From positions 5,408,001 through 5,472,000 of the forward strand of contig OZ242029.1 of assembly GCA_965205015.1 (NCBI GenBank): DNA of 64,000 bases. Direction: 5' to 3'. The DNA is from Candidatus Poribacteria bacterium (GTDB lineage: Bacteria > Poribacteria > WGA-4E > WGA-3G). This document shows positions 58,731 to 64,000 of this stretch, piece by piece. A model generated the notes under the pieces. It worked only from the letters and a program-made list of their open reading frames with translations. It made no database searches and was not told the origin of the DNA. Both the position numbers and the translations under genes were made by a program. How positions within the stretch are numbered: the first letter of the stretch is position 1; every line of letters starts with the position of its first letter.

Positions 58731-58809
58731 ATTATACGAACTCGAGATCAAATGTCAAGGAATATTTTTTCAAGCAAAATTTGACAAAAAAACATAACGC
58801 CTTTAGAAT
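58731..58809. promoter_or_regulatory. divergent sigma70 promoters
   Basis: Minus: TTGACA-N16-TATAAT (58731-58758). Plus: TTGACA-N17-TAGAAT (58781-58809). Confidence 0.65.
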
Positions 58810-58899
58810 AAGGAAGTCCGAAACACCAAAAACTTCGCTTCAAGAATGGAACATTAAAGTTCAAACCCACGTCATTTACCCGCAAGGAATAATTAAAAA

Positions 58900-59709
58900 A
58901 TGAAAATTGCAATATGCAACGAAATGTTTGAAAATTGGAAAATCGAAGATGTTTTCACCTACACCGCAGAACTCGGTTACGAGGCGGTCGAGATCGCACC
59001 GTTCACTTTAGCAGATTCGGTTTTAGACATCAGCGAGACGGAACGGACGCGTATCCGCAAGGCGGCAGAAAGCGCGAAGATAGAGATTGCGGGGCTTCAT
59101 TGGCTACTCGTCTCACCCCCCGGACTCTATATGAACCATCCAGATGCAGAGATTCGGAAAGAAACGCGGGATTATTTCCTCGCGCTGATTAACCTATGTG
59201 CCGACTTAGATGGCAAAGTAATGGTGATCGGTTCACCGCAACAACGAAATGTGATGGAACCGCTCTCGTTTGAAGAAGCGTGGGAATACGCGCGGGCGAC
59301 GTTCTCAGAAGGTGCTGAGCTGGCAGGCGAAAGAGACGTGATGTTATGCATGGAACCTCTGTCGAGCGATCAGACGAACTTCATCACGAATCCAGACAAA
59401 GCGGTCGAAATGGTGAAGGATGTCAATCACCCGAACTTCCAGATGATTTTGGATGTGTGTAGCACTGCGAAAGAGGGACTGGATATGCCGACACAGATCC
59501 GTAATCATGCCCCACACGTTGCGCATTTCCATTCCAACGACGATAACGGCTATCTGCCGGGTTCTGGTACTGTAGATTACCCACCGATCATTGAAGCCTT
59601 GAAAGAAATTAATTACAGGGGCTACGTCTCGACAGAGGTTTTCGACTTCAATCCGGATCCGCAAACGATCGCGAAACAGAGTATCGAATTCGTGAAGTCG
59701 CTGCTATAG
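58900..59709 (+). CDS. sugar phosphate isomerase/epimerase (xylose-isomerase-like TIM barrel)
   Basis: GYEAVEIAP, CMEPL, ILDV, HFHSND, PGSG, STEVF. Confidence 0.88.
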   Translation: MKIAICNEMFENWKIEDVFTYTAELGYEAVEIAPFTLADSVLDISETERTRIRKAAESAKIEIAGLHWLLVSPPGLYMNHPDAEIRKETRDYFLALINLCADLDGKVMVIGSPQQRNVMEPLSFEEAWEYARATFSEGAELAGERDVMLCMEPLSSDQTNFITNPDKAVEMVKDVNHPNFQMILDVCSTAKEGLDMPTQIRNHAPHVAHFHSNDDNGYLPGSGTVDYPPIIEALKEINYRGYVSTEVFDFNPDPQTIAKQSIEFVKSLL

Positions 59710-59718
59710 GAGAAAACG

Positions 59719-61287
59719 ATGAACACCGTTATCCATGAATGCTACGAGGCGTATACCACGCTCAGAAACGAAATGGGACGATGGCTGAAACAGAGCATGC
59801 TCCTCGATCCACCAGGTCCCAACGACGGCGGCGAAGACGAGGCGAACTATGCGCTCGCATGGTTTCCACACCATTTAATCACGGGTGATGCGACCGTCCT
59901 ACAGCACTTTGATACACTGAAGAGGGCACTTCTGGGTTGGGTGAAACGTGATTGCGTTCACGGCTATGAACCAAAAGCGGAGGCACATCACGGACCGGAG
60001 CCGTTCCTCCTTTTCCTACCCCGTTACATCGGTCTCGTGCCGCAGGACACGGAAGCGACCTCGCTATTGACAGATGCAGCGGAACATATCGGGAATTGGG
60101 TACCAGAGATTCCACCTTGGTATGACTATGACCGCGATACGTTTATCGGGTACAATATCGGCAGCCGAGATGTGACAAACGATGAAAAGGACGCGTATGA
60201 ACTGGCGGAACACTTTCGATTCATCCACATCGCGATTGCAGCGTATCGGGTAACAGGCGAGAAACGCTATCTGACGTGGGCGTTGCGGTATGGCAGAAAA
60301 CGCGCCGAACGGCTTGTTGCGGCCCCGGACCCGATGCCGTTGCTGTGGACGCTCGACGGAGAGAGCCTTGACGAAGTCTCCGTCAATGAGAAGAATCTAC
60401 AACGACTCGTCGCAAGTACGCACCACATTCCAGGCGACCCGCTGGCTGGTATTGAGGTATTGTTGGCTTCTGGTGCCATCTATGCATTGGGCGACCTGTA
60501 TCTACTCTCTGGAGAAGAGATTTTCAAAACAGCGGCAAAGCGGATTGTTGAGCCGTTAGTGCCATCGTTGCGTGATCCGTATAACGACCCCGCGGCAGCG
60601 GCACTTAGCTACTACCGTTGGACTTTTGGGGATACTGGATTTGATGCGGAAATCCGTGCAGGATTAGCCGAACTCCGTGATGAACCGCCAGAACTGCTGG
60701 CGTTGATTTTCCCACAAGAGGCACGCCGTCGGGAACCCGGTGTCGGTAAACGCTCAGATATGGCATATTGGGGTGAATGGTCGGATGATGGATCTGTGAA
60801 ACCGATTCAGGAGCCCTCAACGGCGACCTTAACACTTGCCTATCAAGTCACAGGCGAGATCACTTACGCACTGCGTGCGTTACGGAGTGCAGCGACGCGT
60901 TTAAATATTGCAAGACGTGTACTACGCGGCGGCAGGGAACACGCCGATATGGGAGGCGCGGTGTGCTCAATTGCGGCGGGACATGGACGGAATTGGGGAC
61001 AAGGCGCGGTCACAGCATGCTACGGTCCTTTGCTTCTCGGTACGCGTGAAGTCCAAAGTGAAGTTACGCAACTTCTCGAAGTTCGACACGGCGACCAACA
61101 AAACCCCCCGCAGACGCTTCTCTCTTTGGTACGACCGATGCTCGGAACAGAAAAGAAAGCAGAGGTGGTCTTCTACAACGGCGGTGACACGCCGCTGACG
61201 TTCTCATGGCGATTGCGAACCGGTGAAGAGGCTGCATGGCAGACGACAACGCTTGATGTCAGTGAAATGAAACAGGGTTCACTCTAA
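59719..61287 (+). CDS. hypothetical protein, possibly an alpha/alpha-toroid carbohydrate-active enzyme
   Basis: 522 aa, GGAG RBS, 9 bp after the epimerase. Repeated 'AY...TGE..Y' helical-hairpin motifs. Confidence 0.55.
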   Translation: MNTVIHECYEAYTTLRNEMGRWLKQSMLLDPPGPNDGGEDEANYALAWFPHHLITGDATVLQHFDTLKRALLGWVKRDCVHGYEPKAEAHHGPEPFLLFLPRYIGLVPQDTEATSLLTDAAEHIGNWVPEIPPWYDYDRDTFIGYNIGSRDVTNDEKDAYELAEHFRFIHIAIAAYRVTGEKRYLTWALRYGRKRAERLVAAPDPMPLLWTLDGESLDEVSVNEKNLQRLVASTHHIPGDPLAGIEVLLASGAIYALGDLYLLSGEEIFKTAAKRIVEPLVPSLRDPYNDPAAAALSYYRWTFGDTGFDAEIRAGLAELRDEPPELLALIFPQEARRREPGVGKRSDMAYWGEWSDDGSVKPIQEPSTATLTLAYQVTGEITYALRALRSAATRLNIARRVLRGGREHADMGGAVCSIAAGHGRNWGQGAVTACYGPLLLGTREVQSEVTQLLEVRHGDQQNPPQTLLSLVRPMLGTEKKAEVVFYNGGDTPLTFSWRLRTGEEAAWQTTTLDVSEMKQGSL

Positions 61288-61300
61288 TTCCGTGAAGTTT

Positions 61301-62107
61301 TTAATTCCCAAACTTCTGGGCGATATGCGTCAAATCGAGAATATTAACGGTGCCATCAGCGTTTAGATCTGCCTTCGGATCTGACTGCCCAAAGCGGGAA
61401 GCGACAAAGACGAGGTCTAAGATATTGATAGCTCCATCGGCGTTCACGTCACAAGGCCTCTCGGTCGCGGGCAAATGCGAACTTACCAATTCAAAGACAA
61501 TATCCTGATCCGTTTCAAATTTAACGGGTCCGAGATTCGGTGCAAGCCATTGATAGGAGATAGAGTAACTTGTGCCTAAAGCAGCAGCGGTTTTCGTGTG
61601 CATTCGAATTTTTAAGCAGTCCTTAAATGTCCCCGCCGGTGTCGTTACGTCCTGAATAGCAATAACCTCGTTCACACTGGAGAGCGTAACGGCACCGACT
61701 ATACTCACTTTGGTTTCGCCTTGTGTCTCCCATATCTCACCGAGTTGAAGCGTCGGCGGGAAAAATACGGCAGATGGTGAGAATTCCACACGAGCTACAC
61801 CGAAAACGTCCCCAAGTTCGGCAACAATTCTATGGAGCTTCATACCTTCCTCGCCGATTTCCACAAGGAAAGTGCTCGTTTTGAGAGTGCTTGTGCCTAA
61901 TACTTCTGTGGCGATTTCCAGGATACGGACCTGCGCGCCGTTGAAAGGTTCATCGGCAGCTTCAATTTTGTAAGTGATACGCTCAGCACCGTCTGTGCTC
62001 TCCAAAACCCACGTATTCCCGATATCAGTAGGGTAATAATTCTGAGCATCCGCCATGTTGGCGAAAGCACAGAGCAGTGCAAGGAGCAGAACAGTATTTC
62101 TGACCAT
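61301..62107 (-). CDS. secreted protein with a C-terminal dockerin-like domain
   Basis: Signal peptide, YYPTDIGNTW, TPAGTFKDC, WLAPNLGPVK, and DVNADGAINILDLV / DLNADGTVNILDL. Confidence 0.8.
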   Translation of the reverse strand: MVRNTVLLLALLCAFANMADAQNYYPTDIGNTWVLESTDGAERITYKIEAADEPFNGAQVRILEIATEVLGTSTLKTSTFLVEIGEEGMKLHRIVAELGDVFGVARVEFSPSAVFFPPTLQLGEIWETQGETKVSIVGAVTLSSVNEVIAIQDVTTPAGTFKDCLKIRMHTKTAAALGTSYSISYQWLAPNLGPVKFETDQDIVFELVSSHLPATERPCDVNADGAINILDLVFVASRFGQSDPKADLNADGTVNILDLTHIAQKFGN

Positions 62108-62174
62108 TTGATTCTCCTTTGTCAAAGTTGGTACGGTTACAATTATTATACCACTCAGAATAGCGAAGTGTCAT

Positions 62175-62207
62175 AAAAAAACGCCTTGATGAAAACACCA
62201 AGGCGTT
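62175..62207 (-). terminator. intrinsic terminator
   Basis: AACGCCTTG...CAAGGCGTT stem followed by a U-run on the minus strand, just after the 62234 stop. Confidence 0.7.
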
Positions 62208-62233
62208 CGCGTGCATTATGTTCGCTGCGTTTC

Positions 62234-64000
62234 CTACTTGAGGATAACCATCCGTCGGGTCGCAGCGAAATCTGACGTCTGGAGCGTATAGAAGTAGATA
62301 CCACTCGCGACACGTTCGCCGACTGCGTTTTTACCATCCCAGTACGCAGCACTCGACGGCGTCATATACGAACCTATCGGCTGCCAACCCAAATCCAACG
62401 AACGAACCAAGCGACCCGATACGTCATAGATAGCGATCTTCACTTCTGTCGCTTTGCTCAACTGATAGGGAATCCATGTCTCTGGATTGAACGGATTCGG
62501 GAAGTTCTGCGCCAGTAACGTGTCTTGCGGCTGCACATCTCCAACATTCAGTTGCAGACTCAGGAACGCGTTGCGAATGTCCCCGGTCGTCACCGTGCGT
62601 TGGAACGGACCCGAGACGATTCTGTTGTTGTCGTCGTAAAGTGCGACCTTGAGTTTATCACCCGCTTCAACGACGCTCTTACGGTTCAGGTCTGCCCAAA
62701 CAGCAGAGGAACGTCTTGCTGTGCTTGTGACGTTCTCCGTGGCAATCGTGCCGGTGCGGAGGTTCTCTGCGACGAGGGTATATGCTGTGCCAGTTTCCAT
62801 GCCTTGGATGTCACTGGTCACGATGAACGCCCATGCGCTTTTATAGGTTGAAAGTGCGGGAGCGGCGGGAGCGTCATCTCCACCGGCATCAGTTGCATCA
62901 GCGGCGGCATCTCCACCTTCGGCATCTGTGGCGGCATCATCTCCACCAGCGTCGTCTCCCTCAGCAGCCTCTCCGCCAGCATCAGCAGCATCTTCTCCAT
63001 CAGGGGTATCACCCCCAGCATCAACGGCATCCCCTTCTTCAGCAGCATCGTCACCGGCATCTGCAGCGTCTGGCGCATCGTCCTCAGCCTCTGCATCAGG
63101 GACCTCTTCTTCAACGGCGGGTTCCTCAACAACTGCCTCTGGGGCAGGTTCTTCAACAGGTGTTTTTTCGGGTTCAGGCTGTTCAGGCTGGTTATCCCAC
63201 GCATCACCTGTGAACTTTACCATGCCACCAGACGGTGTATTGACGATATAACCTTTGTCCCCCGCAATGCCAAAGCCATCACCTTCATCAGCAACCGTGT
63301 AACCCACAAAACGCTGCGTTGCCGCATCAAGTTGAATAACGGCTGTCGCGTCCAGCATTTCTGCCAACGATTTTGCGGTGTAGGGTTCCGCCGGCATCAG
63401 TGGGATCGAAATCATGTTCAGTCCGGGTTCGAGCGTGACATCAAAACCGGGACCTTCCACAACGGGTTCCGGCATCGGTTCTTCAGGCGTTTCAGCGGGT
63501 GCCTCCTCAGTGGAGAGCGTTTCTTCAACGGATGGGACCTCTTCAGCAGGGGTAACCTCCTCAGCGGCGGGTGTCTCCTCAGCAGGAGTTTCCTCGACAA
63601 CGGGTGCTTCTTCGGCAGCGGGTGCCTCAACAAGATTGTAACTTTCCAGTTCAAAAACAATTTCGTTTGTATCCTGGAATTTAACGGGACCCATATCCGG
63701 TGCAAGCCATAGGAACTCATGCTCACGTATAACGGTAAGTGCCGTGACGGCTTTTCGGTTCGTCTCGATCTTAACACAATCTTTAAATACGCCGAGCGGG
63801 GTTTCAACGTCCTCGATTGCAATAACCTCTAAAGTGCTGGTAGTGGTCGCTGCGCCCACCAGTTTCAGGACTGTTTCCGTCACAATCTCCCACGCCTGTC
63901 CCACTGGTAGCGCGGCGGGGAAATTCGTAACCGGTAGATCCCACGTCGCCTCGGCGATGCCAAACGCACCTCGGTCGAAGGCAACTTGATGGAGTAGAAT
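62234..64000 (-). CDS. large exported protein with acidic linkers and a C-terminal FlgD/T9SS-like sorting domain; start lies beyond the window
   Basis: WLAPDMGPVK domain paralogous to 61301..62107, E/P/A- and D/A/G-rich linkers, and LAQNFPNPFNPETWIPYQL...WDGKN...ASGIYFY...RRMVILK. Confidence 0.8.
   Translation of the reverse strand: MLLHQVAFDRGAFGIAEATWDLPVTNFPAALPVGQAWEIVTETVLKLVGAATTTSTLEVIAIEDVETPLGVFKDCVKIETNRKAVTALTVIREHEFLWLAPDMGPVKFQDTNEIVFELESYNLVEAPAAEEAPVVEETPAEETPAAEEVTPAEEVPSVEETLSTEEAPAETPEEPMPEPVVEGPGFDVTLEPGLNMISIPLMPAEPYTAKSLAEMLDATAVIQLDAATQRFVGYTVADEGDGFGIAGDKGYIVNTPSGGMVKFTGDAWDNQPEQPEPEKTPVEEPAPEAVVEEPAVEEEVPDAEAEDDAPDAADAGDDAAEEGDAVDAGGDTPDGEDAADAGGEAAEGDDAGGDDAATDAEGGDAAADATDAGGDDAPAAPALSTYKSAWAFIVTSDIQGMETGTAYTLVAENLRTGTIATENVTSTARRSSAVWADLNRKSVVEAGDKLKVALYDDNNRIVSGPFQRTVTTGDIRNAFLSLQLNVGDVQPQDTLLAQNFPNPFNPETWIPYQLSKATEVKIAIYDVSGRLVRSLDLGWQPIGSYMTPSSAAYWDGKNAVGERVASGIYFYTLQTSDFAATRRMVILK

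Overview
A 64-kb bacterial window that is mostly chromosomal housekeeping and catabolic genes, mainly on the minus strand. The gene content suggests Candidatus Poribacteria or a relative (inference only): LamG proteins ending in 'V(D/E)PxxKLxxTWGxxK', four PhyH-type dioxygenases, six Gfo/Idh/MocA oxidoreductases, and dockerin and 'QNFPNPFNPETWIPYQL' proteins. Core genes include korAB, aroQ, Mrp/ApbC, peptidases and a MacAB-like pair. Intergenic regions hold many short palindromic repeats, most with a GTAG/CTAC end. The main accessory region is about 7 kb (19003-25967), bounded by two IS982-family elements in opposite orientation, with an identical 7-mer (TATTCTA) at the outer flanks. It carries a 1100-aa fusion of a PD-(D/E)xK nuclease and a divergent tubulin/FtsZ-like GTPase. 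It also carries a near-consensus promoter leading into an ~81-nt RNA with a predicted pseudoknot, then a 64-aa membrane protein, then an orphan repeat-spacer-degenerate-repeat CRISPR-like unit; there are no cas genes in the window. Other oddities are an FRG-TPR gene interrupted by an IS3 fragment lacking its ends, a 21-bp sequence inserted into two different repeat families, an OLD-like ATPase-TOPRIM gene and two toxin-antitoxin pairs. All calls come from reading motifs by eye; no database searches were run.
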